This document shows, piece after piece, positions 37,684 to 49,884 of a stretch of DNA of 63,388 nucleotides. Under the pieces are notes generated by a model. The model saw only the letters and a list, made by a program, of their open reading frames with translations. It made no database searches and had not been told where the DNA came from. Numbering within the stretch: position 1 is the first letter of the stretch; every line of letters starts with the position of its first letter. This DNA comes from Octopus bimaculoides (Eukaryota). Where the stretch lies: positions 9,951,123 through 10,014,510 of the forward strand of contig NC_069008.1 of assembly GCF_001194135.2 (NCBI RefSeq), given 5' to 3'. Position numbers and translations under genes: made by a program.

Positions 37684-38104
37684 TAGAGGACTGGAAACTC
37701 AACAGAAATGTAATAGATAGATAGATGAGTTCTTAACTTTTGTATACGATTGCCAAATTCCATCACCAAGGTAAACATAGCTGACATAATCCATCACCAC
37801 GGCCAACTCAATGACAAAAAGCGCAACTTGAAAGTAACTTATTTACTGGTCCTTTGAACAATATTTCGACATCTCGTGTGTCTTCAACAGGTTCAAAATA
37901 AAATAAATGTCAGTCTAATTCATTTTTAGTTTATAGAGAGGACTGGAAACTCAGCAGAAATGTAATAGATAGATAGATGAGTTCTTAACTTTTGTATACG
38001 ATTGCCAAATTCCGTCCATAGTGATGGATTATGTCAGCTATGTTTACCTTAGTGATGGAATTTGGCAATCGTATACAAAAGTTAAGAACTCATCTATCTA
38101 TCTA
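37684..38104. mobile_element. Nested direct and inverted pseudo-LTR array (PLE-type) inserted in (AAT)n
   Basis: 37686-37770 repeated at ~37938-38012; ~38020-38104 is the inverse of ~37712-37797; contains a hammerhead-like motif; (AAT)n on both sides. Confidence 0.7.
37853..37897 (-). ncRNA. Minimal hammerhead motif, second family, one core substitution
   Basis: UUUGAAC-CUGUUGA-A-GACA(cacgaga)UGUC-GAA-AUAU-U-GUUCAAA: 7-bp stem I, palindromic AUAU stem III, A6 changed to U. Confidence 0.6.
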
Positions 38105-38122
38105 ATAATAATAATAATAATA

Positions 38123-38491
38123 ACAAGAGCACTCAGAGAGTGCAAACCTCTGCCAATGCAATACCAACGTCCTCTCAACGATTAGCCAGAGATGATTTTT
38201 TAAATGAGAATATCTGAAATAAACTCAACCACTCTCACAAACAAGAATACTAAAAATGAACCCACTCTCAAAATTTGAGTAAAAAAAAAAAAACAGGGAA
38301 AATAATCTAGAATCCTTGTCCGATACCAGATTGATCCCAAAATCTAGTCAGTTCATGCCAGTCATGATGCTTATCCCTAAAAGTTCCATCAGAATCCATC
38401 CAGTGGTTCTTGAGATATCTCATCTATGGATAAACAAACAAACAAATGCAACTGAAAACAATACCTCTACCTTCGCTAAGGCAGAGATAAT
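38123..38491. mobile_element. Non-autonomous element with subterminal inverted repeats, HINE/Helentron-like (tentative)
   Basis: acctctgcc (38146-38154) and ggcagagat (38480-38488); internal gatcccaaaatcta...aatccatccagtggttcttgagatatc and (AAAC)n; flanked by (AAT)n. Confidence 0.45.
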
Positions 38492-40371
38492 AATAGACCT
38501 AAAAACAGACCTGGGAAAATTATTTGGTTCGCTCCTCTCTTTTCCTTTAACGTAAACACTGACATAGGTAAAGGATTCCTGTCTCACCTAGACAAGCATT
38601 TTCCAGAAAATCACAGGTACAGGAAAATATTTAACAAGTGATCAGTGAAATTATCATATAGCAGCTACCCCATTATGAAGAGTATCATCACACAACACCA
38701 AGAGCCCACTCCCAGTTTTAACTGTTGGGATCCAGGAATCTGTCCACTTAACCAGTGATGTATGATTAAATCTATCATATATGAGGCAAAAGTTATGATA
38801 ATCACATATCTTTCTTCCAACACAGGGTCAAAAGTAAAGCTACTTAAGTTGGCTAGCCACATATGGGATTTCAAATCGAATGCAACACCACATACAATAA
38901 AGTGGAAAATAGTTGGAAAATCCACACCATATGTTAACAGATCAAAAAAATGTAAGCTATGAATAGCTGAAAGAACTCAGTTCCTTTTCACATCTAAAAA
39001 CTCCCTGCTGAACTCTAGATCTGAAATTTTCAGCGGTTACAAGCATATACCTAAGTTCTTGTTGATGAATTGGAAAGTACCTCCCTCACCAAATTGAACA
39101 CTATCTTTTCAGCCTTATAATTTATGGTCAAACTCTTATTCCCCTTTTTGCTTCTTTCTGATTTCTTTTACATTTTTCAGTTTTTCAACCTTTTACCTTT
39201 TATGTATATTTTCTTCTCACCTTTTCTTGCTTTTTCTCTTGTCCCATTTTTAGTTTGTTGTGCCATGTGGACAATGTCTGATAATTGTGCTGGAACACCA
39301 GAAATGTTATAAAACATTGTTTGGCATGTTCTCAGAACATGAAACTAATAGTAGCACATGAAAACATATATTGTGTTTACTAAATAGTATATATATATAA
39401 ATGTGTGTGTGTGTGTGTGTGTGCACGTGTATGTATAAAAGAGACCTCTGTGTGTTCAGTTTTCATGTGAAAATGGCTGCGCAAGTCACTTTAATACTTG
39501 GGATGCATGAATAATTTGACCTTGGATACATAATAGGCTCTTTGGTTTATTTTTTTATTAAAAAATAAATAATATTGCTTTAATATTGCTTTAACTTCTT
39601 TAAAAAGGCTTCTCAGTGTTAACTGCCAGTATTGATGTGGCAGTGGCGAAATTTTCCGTTATTATTTGCAAAATCTCTCACTCTCTATTTTAATGTTTTC
39701 ATTTCAAGTTTTAATTCACTATTTGCAAACAACTATGATAAATTACTGAAATATTTACTAAGTTCACAAATTTCACTTGAACCCACACACTTCTTTAATT
39801 TCCGTATTAATCTCTGCATGCTGCGTTCAGCTCTATGTATTTGTTGTTAGTCACACATGCACGTGTATTTTTGTATGTATGCTGTATACGTTTATGTGTG
39901 TGTGTGTGTGTGCATGAGAGAGAGAGTAAAGGGATGTGTTGTAATGTATACGTACATACATAAATACATTTGCATATATCTTTTTTGTATATATGTGTGT
40001 GTGAGGGAGAGAGAGAGAGAGTGATTTCTAAGTAGCACTCTCTCTCTCTCTCACACACACACATACATACAAAAATGCGGTATGCACATTTATTTATGTA
40101 TGTAAGTATACACGACAACACACCCTTTCACTCGCTCTCCCTCTCTCACACACACATCCATTTAATCTGATGTTTTATATTGTATGTATATGTGTCAGTG
40201 TGTGCGTGCATGTGGGATTCCACAATTACCATTTATTTCAATCACTCTTCTGGGGATATTCTCATAACTCATTTTTTTGTTTAACCTTCATTTCAATTTC
40301 CAAAAAGTTTCCAAAGTTGTAGATGATCAGTATTCTTCTGAGAAGCAAAGACAAGTACAGATAGTCAGAGT

Positions 40372-42547
40372 TAATGCTAACTTTTGCAACTCTGTTAACT
40401 CTATTGAGTATGTTTGCAAATATATAAACAAAGGTTTAGATGCTGCAACGTACACTCTTATGCAGAATGGCAGTCAGCAGATAAATAAAAATGACGAAGT
40501 TGCACAGTATGACAGAAGATACATCAGTACCAATGAGGCTTTTTGGTGCATCTTCAATTTTTCCATTCGTGAGTGCCCCCCCCCCATCCAAGCCACGCAG
40601 TAATGTTACTACTTACAGCTCCTTTAGCATGAAGTACAGGGTCCCAAATCATTCCAAGATTCAAGGAGGGTAAATGGTCATGTGTGTGAAACTTATAGGG
40701 AAGCAATGCTATCAATAAGGTTTTTAGAAAATGACATGCATTGGGACCTTGCATTGACTGAAGCATCAGTATCAGATTCTCCAAGGAAACTCCATGAGCT
40801 TTTCGCAATTATATTGAACATGTATCAACTTGGCAGTTCCCTACAGCTTTGGATGAAACATCATGAGGACATGGTTGAGGACTTAAAGTATGCAATTCAA
40901 CAGGCAAACCCAGATATGATATTCAGTTCTCTGAAACAATTTTTAACCAAGCACTGATTGAAATTGAGGATCAAGTTTTGGCCATGGGAAACAAGAATTT
41001 GCAAGAGTCTGGCTCTGGACTGCCAAAAATCAACTGTTAAATTAGTGATTTAACTTCAAGAGACATAGCAAGAGAGAGACAAATTATGACATCACAGAGT
41101 TGGCAGCATTTGTGAATGAACATGAACCTAAACTTCTTCTAGAACAACGTTGTGCATATGATAAAATTATTTCGTCAGTCAGAGGAATTTTTTCTTGATG
41201 CTCCTGGTGGTACAGGTAATACATTTGTAAACAACATTGCTTCTCTCCTAGGCAAAGCAACAAAAAAGAATTGCAATTGCTGTAGCATCGTCTGGCATTG
41301 CTGCACCATCCTCCCAGGAGGATGAACAGCTCATTCTGCTTTTAAATTACCGCTAAAGCTGATCATTTGGGATGAATGCACCATGTCACATAGAGGTGCA
41401 ATGGAAGCTCTTGATAAGACTTTATAGGACATAAGAGGCAACAATAAATCTATGATGGGAGGAGTTACATTAGTTTTATCAGGAGACTTCAGACAAACAT
41501 TACCAGTCATTTTAAGACGAACAAGATCTGATAAAATAAAAGCATGCATTGAGTCTTTACACCTATGGAATAAAGCACAGAACTTCTCCTTCAGTACTAA
41601 TGTGTGAGCTTTATTACATGGGAACCAATGTGCAGAACAGTTTTCAACCTGGCTCCTCTAGTTAGGAAATGGAAAAGTACTGTTTGATGGGAATGGTGAT
41701 ATCAATTTGGCTCATATTGCTATCTTGGTGACTTTCCCAGCTGAATTGAAGAACAGGGTAGTTCCAGACTTAAGTAATAATCATAATTCACATAAATGGT
41801 TGTGTGAAAGAGCAGTTCTTGCTCAAAAAATGAGATGGTAACAAGCATTAACCATGAATTAATGAATAAGATTCCAACAGTCATTAAGGAGTACAAATCA
41901 ATTGATTCAGTCCTTGATGAAAATCACGCTGTCCATTACACAACAAAGCTCCTTAATTCTCTTGAGCTACCTGGAACTCCACCACATAAACTTTTTCTGA
42001 AAGTAGGAGTCCTAATAAGAAATTTAAATCCTCCTAAATTATGCAATGGGACAAGGTTGATTGCAAAAACATTACCACCTAATGTGACAGAAGCTACCAT
42101 CATCAATAGATCTGCCTCTGGGGAAGAGGCTTTCATTCCAAAAATTCCAATCAAACCAAGACATGCCATTTGAATTCAAATGAACACAATTCCCAGTATG
42201 ACTTTGCTTCACAATGTCTATTAATACAATTCAATCTACTGGCTTGGTCAACTTTATGTTGGTTGCTCCAAGGCTGGTAGTTTGCAAGACTTATTTGTCT
42301 ATGCCCCAAACCAGAAAACAATGAAGCTTTTACGTAATTTCCTTCAACATGTCATAGAATTTATCTCCTTTCATAAAAATGGTAAATTTTGTATTTTCGT
42401 TTATTATTATTATTATGAATTCAGAATTGATTTCCTAAGTGAAGAATAAATTTAAGTTAGAATTACAAATTTCTATACAACATACTTTGCATTTTTCTTC
42501 CAATATTTAAGGAATAATTTCATTCCCAGGCAACACTGGGTGCCTCA
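40372..42547 (+). mobile_element. Helitron remnant B (Rep C-terminus, Pif1 helicase, 3' hairpin), decayed
   Basis: NSIEYVCKYINKG, RRYISTNEAFW, FLDAPGGTG, VASSGIAA, LIIWDECTM, SGDFRQTLPVI, LNSLELPGTPPHKL, RNLNPPKLCNGTRL; hairpin cccaggcaacactggg at ~42525-42540. Confidence 0.92.
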
Positions 42548-42549
42548 AT

Positions 42550-42822
42550 GTGGTTGATGCCACCACCACCCCGGCTGGCTCCTGTGCTGGTGGCGTGTAA
42601 AAAGCACCATCCAAATGTGGCCAATGCTAGTGCTACCTGACTGGTTCCCATGCAGGTGGCACATAAAAAGCACCCACAACACTCTCAGAGTGGTTGGCAT
42701 TAGGAAGGGCATCCAACTGTAGAAACATTGCCTGATCAGATTGGAGCCTGGTGCAGCCTCCTGGCTTGCCAGTCCCCAATCAAACCGTCCAACCTATGCC
42801 AGCATAGGTGATGATGATGATT
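42550..42822 (+). mobile_element. RTE LINE 3' UTR
   Basis: gtggcacataaaaagcaccc...cagattggagcctggtgcagcc...gatgatgatgat. Confidence 0.8.
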
Positions 42823-43780
42823 TATATATATATATCAAATAATGAGAATGTATGCTCAACACCAGCATTATGGGATAAAGATTCTTTATGCTCAGAGTGT
42901 AGCAAAAAAAACTCAGATTAACATTCTTGATAAACATATGAACAACAAGCACACAGTCTGCACTGATTCAAACCATGATGGTACATGATAAAAATAAACA
43001 ATAAAACATAAGCTACATGAAGACACCATATTCATGTGCCAAACTCTACAAGTATTACACAAATAACAGGAGATTTTTCTATTGCACCTTGTATGCATAT
43101 ATGTATATATATATATATGTATGTATGCATATGTACATTTGCACATTTGCTTGTTTGTGTGTGTGTGCATTTATATATATATGTATATATCTATATATGG
43201 TTAGACACAGATCTCTCCACCCTGAAAACAGAGACTGGATCTACCTAATGTTTATATGCTTCCACTACTGGTTGTATATACTTGACTCCTTTGTGAACTA
43301 CATCTGCCAACATCATGACTTATTTTTGAGCCCCAGAAACAGTTGTCAGACCTGCAACATCATACCGTCTCCCCTTAATTTTCTGAGTCCTTGTACTCTG
43401 TGTAAGTTTGCTCTGTTAGTATATGAATATCTTATATTTATACATGAATTTTCATCATCTGAATATTTTCAGCTTTTGTTTTCTCTCTATTTAATTGTAT
43501 ACATGTATGTATGTTTTGTACATCTAGCCCAAGCACTTTTATTTGTTTATTTGCATCATTATCCTTTACTTTGGTCATTTTACTGTGCCTGTGCTGGAGC
43601 CTTGATGAGTTTTTAGTTGAACAAATCAACCCTAGGACTAATTATTCAATTGGTCTATTTTCCACACCACTAAGTTATGGGGACATAAACACACCAATGC
43701 CAGTTGTCAAGTAGTGGGCGGGGGGGGACAAACAGACACAAAGATACACACACATACACACACACACACATGTATATATA

Positions 43781-44368
43781 TGAGGGGGTACCCAAATGTA
43801 ACTGGAAATGTTCTCTGTGAAACAAGCTCATTGTAGTTCGGGGTTCTACTGCTAGGAACCATTTTATGCAACCCTCAGGCATCATTCTGCTGACCAGTGT
43901 TCTCCAGTAAGGTCATGCTGCCACATGTGTGTCTTCCTTTTGCAGTGCTTCTCCCCTGTTCAGTGATTTTTGCGATGGCTGAAACAAAGGAACAGCATGC
44001 TTCCATGAAATAGTTGTCATGTTTTAAACAGCTTACAAGGATGCTGCCAAGAGCAAAACACAAGTTTACAAATGGTTTTCACACTTTAGGAATGGTCACT
44101 TGTTACTTGAAGACCAACCTCATTCAGGGCAACTGTTGACCTCCTGCACAAATGAAAACATCATGAAAATTCATGAACTATCGTAGAGGATCATCACTGA
44201 ACAATTGACAAACTTGTTGATTTGATTGGTGTGTCCTGGAGCTCCTGCCAATGAATTTTGAGTGAGTGTCTCACTCACTCATGGAAGTTCAAAAGCAGTC
44301 ACAACTAAATGTATGTTGTAAACTGAAAGTACAATTAGAAGTTGATTCAGATCTTTTTTCGAAGGTCT
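43781..44368 (+). mobile_element. Mariner 5' fragment with internal deletions (family of 5900-7148)
   Basis: ta-tgagggggtacccaaatgtaactggaaatg; colinear with 5900-6510. Confidence 0.85.
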
Positions 44369-45484
44369 TGGCATGTGGCATGTGTAATGGACTTTCAAGC
44401 GAGATCATTGCCAGTGCCCCTGGACTGGCTCTTGTGCGGGTGGCACATAAAATACACCATTTNNNNNNNNNNNNNNNNNNNNNNNNNNNNNNNNNNNNNN
44501 NNNNNNNNNNNNNNNNNNNNNNNNNNNNNNNNNNNNNNNNNNNNNNNNNNNNNNNNNNNNNNNNNNNNNNNNNNNNNNNNNNNNNNNNNNNNNNNNNNNN
44601 NNNNNNNNNNNNNNNNNNNNNNNNNNNNNNNNNNNNNNNNNNNNNNNNNNNNNNNNNNNNNNNNNNNNNNNNNNNNNNNNNNNNNNNNNNNNNNNNNNNN
44701 NNNNNNNNNNNNNNNNNNNNNNNNNNNNNNNNNNNNNNNNNNNNNNNNNNNNNNNNNNNNNNNNNNNNNNNNNNNNNNNNNNNNNNNNNNNNNNNNNNNN
44801 NNNNNNNNNNNNNNNNNNNNNNNNNNNNNNNNNNNNNNNNNNNNNNNNNNNNNNNNNNNNNNNNNNNNNNNNNNNNNNNNNNNNNNNNNNNNNNNNNNNN
44901 NNNNNNNNNNNNNNNNNNNNNNNNNNNNNNNNNNNNNNNNNNNNNNNNNNNNNNNNNNNNNNNNNNATATATATATAAACACATATACAACAGGCTTCTT
45001 TTCAGTTTCCATCTGCCAAATCCACTCACAAGGCTTTGGTTGGCCCAAAGCTATAGAAAACACTTGCCCAAGGTACCATAAAGTAGGAGGGAACCTTGAA
45101 CCATGTAGTTGGGAAGTAAGCTTTGTACCAAACAGCTATGCTTGTGCCTATGCATGTGTGTGTGTGTGTGTGTGTGTGCGCGCGCATAAATGTGTATAGG
45201 TGTGTGTAGAGGCACTCAGCACATTTAGTAGGAAATACATATATTATTTAATAAGAGATGGATTCAACTGCATGCAACTTAAAATTTTGTAAGGCTTATA
45301 AAATTAACCTGGCTCTTGAGGCTTAAGCAACTGGCAAGCTTGGTTCATGTGATAAACTTACATTTAAGTTGCATGGAACTGAATCAAACTGTTAATAAAT
45401 AATATATGTATATGTGTGTATTTGCATGTGTGTGTGTGTATTTATATATATATATAGATAGATAGATATATGTACACATATATG

Positions 45485-45527
<43 letters not shown>

Positions 45528-46677
45528 CATACTCTAAGATAGTTGAGTTTTTAGCTATTGATGATTATTTATACAAGAATAGACACGTGTTGCTTGCGAT
45601 TGATTAGTGGTTTAGTCATATTGGGATCCTGTGTATGATGTAATGTTACTGTGTTACTGTCTGAAGAGGTTTCTGGATGCACAGTCAGACAAAGGACAAA
45701 TCAATAAACAGACACACAGATAGGAAAATGCGCCGACAGTGTATTAGATAGATAGGCAAGTATAGTTAAAATAAACTTTATATAAAGATAAATATATGTG
45801 CCAGTGGCACATGTAAAGACATTCGAGCGAGATCGTTGTGAGTGCCGCTGGACTGGCTCCTGTGCAGGTGGCCGTTGCCAGTACCACCTGACTGGCCTTC
45901 ATGCCGGTGGCACGTAAAAGTATCCACTACACTCTCATATACATACACACATTTTCTTTCTTTATTAGCAATCAACAGAAGTTATAAAGTGACTTAAGGG
46001 ATGAGAGGTTTATGCATCAGGACTGCTCAAATTTATTGATTTGAAACACTTTTAATGAATGCCAATGCACAAAACTCTCACCATTTGAGCACTTTTTAAC
46101 ATCTGATGATTATTAATAAGAAAAATGTATATATACTCATGTTTTTGGTTTTATTTTCATGTTTGCATCATTAAACCTATATGTGTATGTAATGTATATA
46201 TGTATATGTTTATATATTTGTATGTATATAAATATATGTGTATATCATTATATATATATATATATATAAATGTAAGGTCCAGAGATCATGGTGTAAGAAG
46301 AAAGTTAGATTCTAGCAATCCATTGTTAATTTTTTATAAACAACTTTTAGGGACGATAGTGGTTTATTGAGACAGAAGGCTGTGGATTTCACTAAGCTGA
46401 AAAAGTTCTTTTTATATTTCATGGTAGGTGACTAGGGTTGCCAGGTGTGCAAGTACCACTCCCCTTGCTAAATTCTGTGATTCAGCCAAAACAGCACTAT
46501 TGTATACTACCAGTCAAGTGACCTTGCTTAAATTCCTCCTTTCTCTCATTTCCTTATATTTCCCTTCTTATACTTATTTCCCCCTACATTTATATTCTCC
46601 TCTCCTACTGTGTTCTCTACACATTCTGACTGGATTTTCCATGTGTCAATATGTACCTTCTTCCAACAATGTAACTT

Positions 46678-46919
46678 TTAATTTAATCAAGATATCCTTG
46701 GCCTGAAGTGTAGCCAGTGGTATACACCTTGCTTGGATTTTTACCACTTCTGAGGTTCCGTTCACTATGAAAAATATGTAACCCGTATCTTATCTACTCC
46801 ATTCCATAACTCTTGTGTAGAATGTTTCATAGTGAGCAGAACCTCAGAGGTGGTAAATATCCAGGCGAGGTGTATACCGTAGGCTACTCTTCAGGTCAAG
46901 GATATCTTGTTTATATTAA
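46678..46919 (+). other. Long imperfect inverted repeat: 95-bp ungapped arms, 52-nt loop
   Basis: Manual pairing of 46678-46772 with 46825-46919: 82 Watson-Crick pairs, 7 G-U, 1 A-C, 5 other mismatches. Confidence 0.9.
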
Positions 46920-47845
46920 CTACAGATTGCTTGAAACTAGCTCTTTCTTTCTACACCTCGATCCCTGGATCTTACACTTATATATATATATATAAATAAT
47001 ACAAAATGGGACAAGAACGCAAGACATCCAGACAGTTAGGTGATACAAGAAAGGGACAACAAAACATCCAGATAGACGAAACAAAGAAAACAAAGACAGG
47101 TCATTTGGAGTTTTCTTTCCTCAGTCGAGATCCAGATTATCTTTGCAATTTCGGCTGGTTATTCTCGATATTGCTCCAATCTGGTCAGCCCCAAGGAAAA
47201 ACTAAGCTAAGAGCATTAGATTCCTTGGAAGAAATCAGCGGATGTATACAAAAAACAAGACAGAAAAAAATTAACAAGGTTACACAAATACAATAAAAAT
47301 AATAACAGGACATAACAACAGGTGTCTTTCAACTAAGGACTAATTAAATTAAGCTGGCGTGTGTGGAAATAAAGCCTTATGGCATGGATACAAGATTTCG
47401 CNNNNNNNNNNNNNNNNNNNNNNNNNNNNNNNNNNNNNNNNNNNNNNNNNNNNNNNNNNNNNNNNNNNNNNNNNNNNNNNNNNNNNNNNNNNNNNNNNNN
47501 NNNNNNNNNNNNNNNNNNNNNNNNNNNNNNNNNNNNNNNNNNNNNNNNNNNNNNNNNNNNNNNNNNNNNNNNNNNNNNNNNNNNNNNNNNNNNNNNNNNN
47601 NNNNNNNNNNNNNNNNNNNNNNNNNNNNNNNNNNNNNNNNNNNNNNNNNNNNNNNNNNNNNNNNNNNNNNNNNNNNNNNNNNNNNNNNNNNNNNNNNNNN
47701 NNNNNNNNNNNNNNNNNNNNNNNNNNNNNNNNNNNNNNNNNNNNNNNNNNNNNNNNNNNNNNNNNNNNNNNNNNNNNNNNNNNNNNNNNNNNNNNNNNNN
47801 NNNNNNNNNNNNNNNNNNNNNNNNNNNNNNNNNNNNNNNNNNNNN

Positions 47846-48231
47846 TATTGATTGGCACTCTGTTGGTTACGACAACGAGAGTTCCACTTGATCCGATCAA
47901 CGGAACAGCCTGCTCGTGAAATTAACGTGCAAGTGGCTGAGCACTCCACAGACACATGTACCCTTAACGTAGTTCTTGGGAGAGATTCAGCATGATACAG
48001 AGTGTGACAAGGCTGGCCCTTTGAAATACAGGTACAACAGAAAGAGGAAGATAGAGTGAGAGAAAGTTGTGGCGAAAGAGTACAGCAGGGTTCACCACCA
48101 TCCCCTGCTGGAGCCTCATGGAGCTTTAGGTGTTTTCGCTCAATAAACACTCACAACGCCTGGTCTGGGAATCGAAACCACGATCCTACGTCTGTGAGTC
48201 CACTGCCCTAACCACTGGGCCATTGCGCCAC
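47846..48231 (-). mobile_element. tRNA-derived SINE family E
   Basis: Head ggcgcaatggcccagtggttagggcagtgg...ggtttcgattcccagacc (A and B boxes) on the minus strand. Confidence 0.8.
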
Positions 48232-48286
48232 CACATATATATACATATATATACATACATATATATATATATGCTTACATATATAT

Positions 48287-48616
48287 GAAGGTGCATGGCT
48301 CAGTGGTTAGAGTGTCGAGCTTACGATCGCGAGGTTGTGAGTTCGAATCCCGGACCAGGCTGCGTGTTGTGTTCTTGAGCAAGACACTTTATTTCACGTT
48401 GTTCCAGTTCACTTAGCTGTAGAAATGCGCTGCAACGTCACAGGTCCAAGCTGTATCGGCCTTTGCCTTGAATAACACTGGTGGTGTGGAGAGGGAGACT
48501 GGTATGCATGGGCGACTGCTGGTCTTCCACAAACAACCTTGCCCAGACTTGTGCCTCGGGAAGGGGTAACTTTCTAGGTTCAATCCCATGGTCAGTCATG
48601 ACCGAAGGGGGTCCCA

Positions 48617-48618
<2 letters not shown>
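48287..48618 (+). mobile_element. tRNA-derived SINE family D (CORE/V-like middle), fairly intact
   Basis: gcatggctcagtggttagag...gagttcgaatcccggacc, then gttgtgttcttgagcaagacacttt; 3' part recurs at 55230-55445. Confidence 0.85.
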
Positions 48619-48647
<29 letters not shown>

Positions 48648-48914
48648 NNNNNNNNNNNNNNNNNNNNNNNNNNNNNNNNNNNNNNNNNNNNNNNNNNNNN
48701 NNNNNNNNNNNNNNNNNNNNNNNNNNNNNNNNNNNNNNNNNNNNNNNNNNNNNNNNNNNNNNNNNNNNNNNNNNNNNNNNNNNNNNNNNNNNNNNNNNNN
48801 NNNNNNNNNNNNNNNNNNNNNNNNNNNNNNNNNNNNNNNNNNNNNNNNNNNNNNNNNNNNNNNNNNNNNNNNNNNNNNNNNNNNNNNNNNNNNNNNNNNN
48901 NNNNNNNNNNNNNN

Positions 48915-49205
48915 GTGGATCCTAACATGTCTTTTAAGACCCCCATTGGATTTGCAAACCCTCTGGCACACACCACATTCAAACGTGTGCACAGACATAT
49001 AATCAGAATAGCTGGATGAGGTTTGTTTTCCATGGGTTCGCAGGTGAGATTTGAGGCCAGCCAAGGACAGACATGGTCTGTCACAGACTGTGCACACAAA
49101 AAGGTCCTTGTCATTCACCTTCTCAGTCTTTACATGTTTCCTTAAATGTCTCTTGAGCCCTGCTTGCATCATCCTGGCCTCTTCAAATGCTTTCACTCCA
49201 CTCCA
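48915..49205 (-). mobile_element. Probable RTE/BovB-type LINE ORF2 C-terminus with two C2H2 zinc fingers; stop-free up to the gap
   Basis: WSGVKAFEEARMMQAGLKRHLRK (RTE-like FE..R...KR..RK), CTVCDRPCLSLAGLKSHLRTH, CGVCQRVCKSNGGLKRHVRIH; linker is not TGEKP. Confidence 0.65.
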
Positions 49206-49229
49206 CACATACATACATACACACACATA

Positions 49230-49800
49230 CACAAGAGTCTGATCAATAAGTATCCGGACTGTTGTCATAGTAACAAAACCAAAGCATGCAGAGGGAAACT
49301 TGAATTCCACTGTGCACGTGCACTAAGTTTTAACATTCTAGCTCACGTCTGTTGTTTACAGCAGTGCTTGGAAGGAAGGTGTGTAGCATGTAATTGTTGC
49401 ATTGGCCATGACAGAGAAAGTTTTCATGGTAGTACCTGCTCAGAGGCGAACTGAAAGTTTCAGAAAGTGTATAAAGAAAGAGTATTTGAGCCGCACACAA
49501 GTGTACAAGTGATTCAGACATTTCCAAGATGGTCAAAAAAATGTCAATATTGATAAACATTCTGGGAGACCCACAACCGGCAGAACTGAGAAAAACATCA
49601 CAGATGTGCATGCAGCTGTGAGGTGAAATCGTCAAATCATCATCCGTGAGTTATCAGAGGATGTGCAGATTAGTTACAGTTCAGTTCAGTCCATTATCTC
49701 TGAAGATTTGGGTATGAGACGCATGTCTGCCAATTTTGTGCTAAGACTGCTTTCAGCTGACCAACAAGACACTCGGGTTTCAGTTGTACAAAATCTCCTT
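49230..49800 (+). mobile_element. Mariner 5' fragment, second family
   Basis: TIR-like agagtctgatcaataagtatccggact; HTH region LSRTQVYK.F..FQDG..NV..DKHSGRPTT, IRELSEDVQISYSSVQSIISEDLGMRRMSANFVLRLL. Confidence 0.8.
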
Positions 49801-49884
49801 ACACATATACATGCATGCATACATACATACAAACATTCATACTGTATGGGTGTGTGTGTATATCTAGCTATCAATATATAAATA

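Larger units (their letters stand above)
37340..39320 (+). mobile_element. Second Penelope-like element (Neptune/Nematis-like order: RT thumb then C-terminal GIY-YIG), interrupted by two insertions
   Basis: 37390-37645 resembles DFL.VSL...PLYINS..HPPIV..L...INNRVSNLS...YNNAL.NSGF; 38715-39095 reads FNCWDPGICPLNQ.CMIKSIIYEAKV, LASHIWDFK, IKWKIVGKSTPY, CKL*IAE, LLNSRSEIFS. Confidence 0.8.

Noticed and set aside
47006-47400. Structured repeat with CTGAGGA, GAAA and several short stems on the minus strand
   Set aside because: The parts could not be arranged into a valid hammerhead topology; left as an unclassified repeat.
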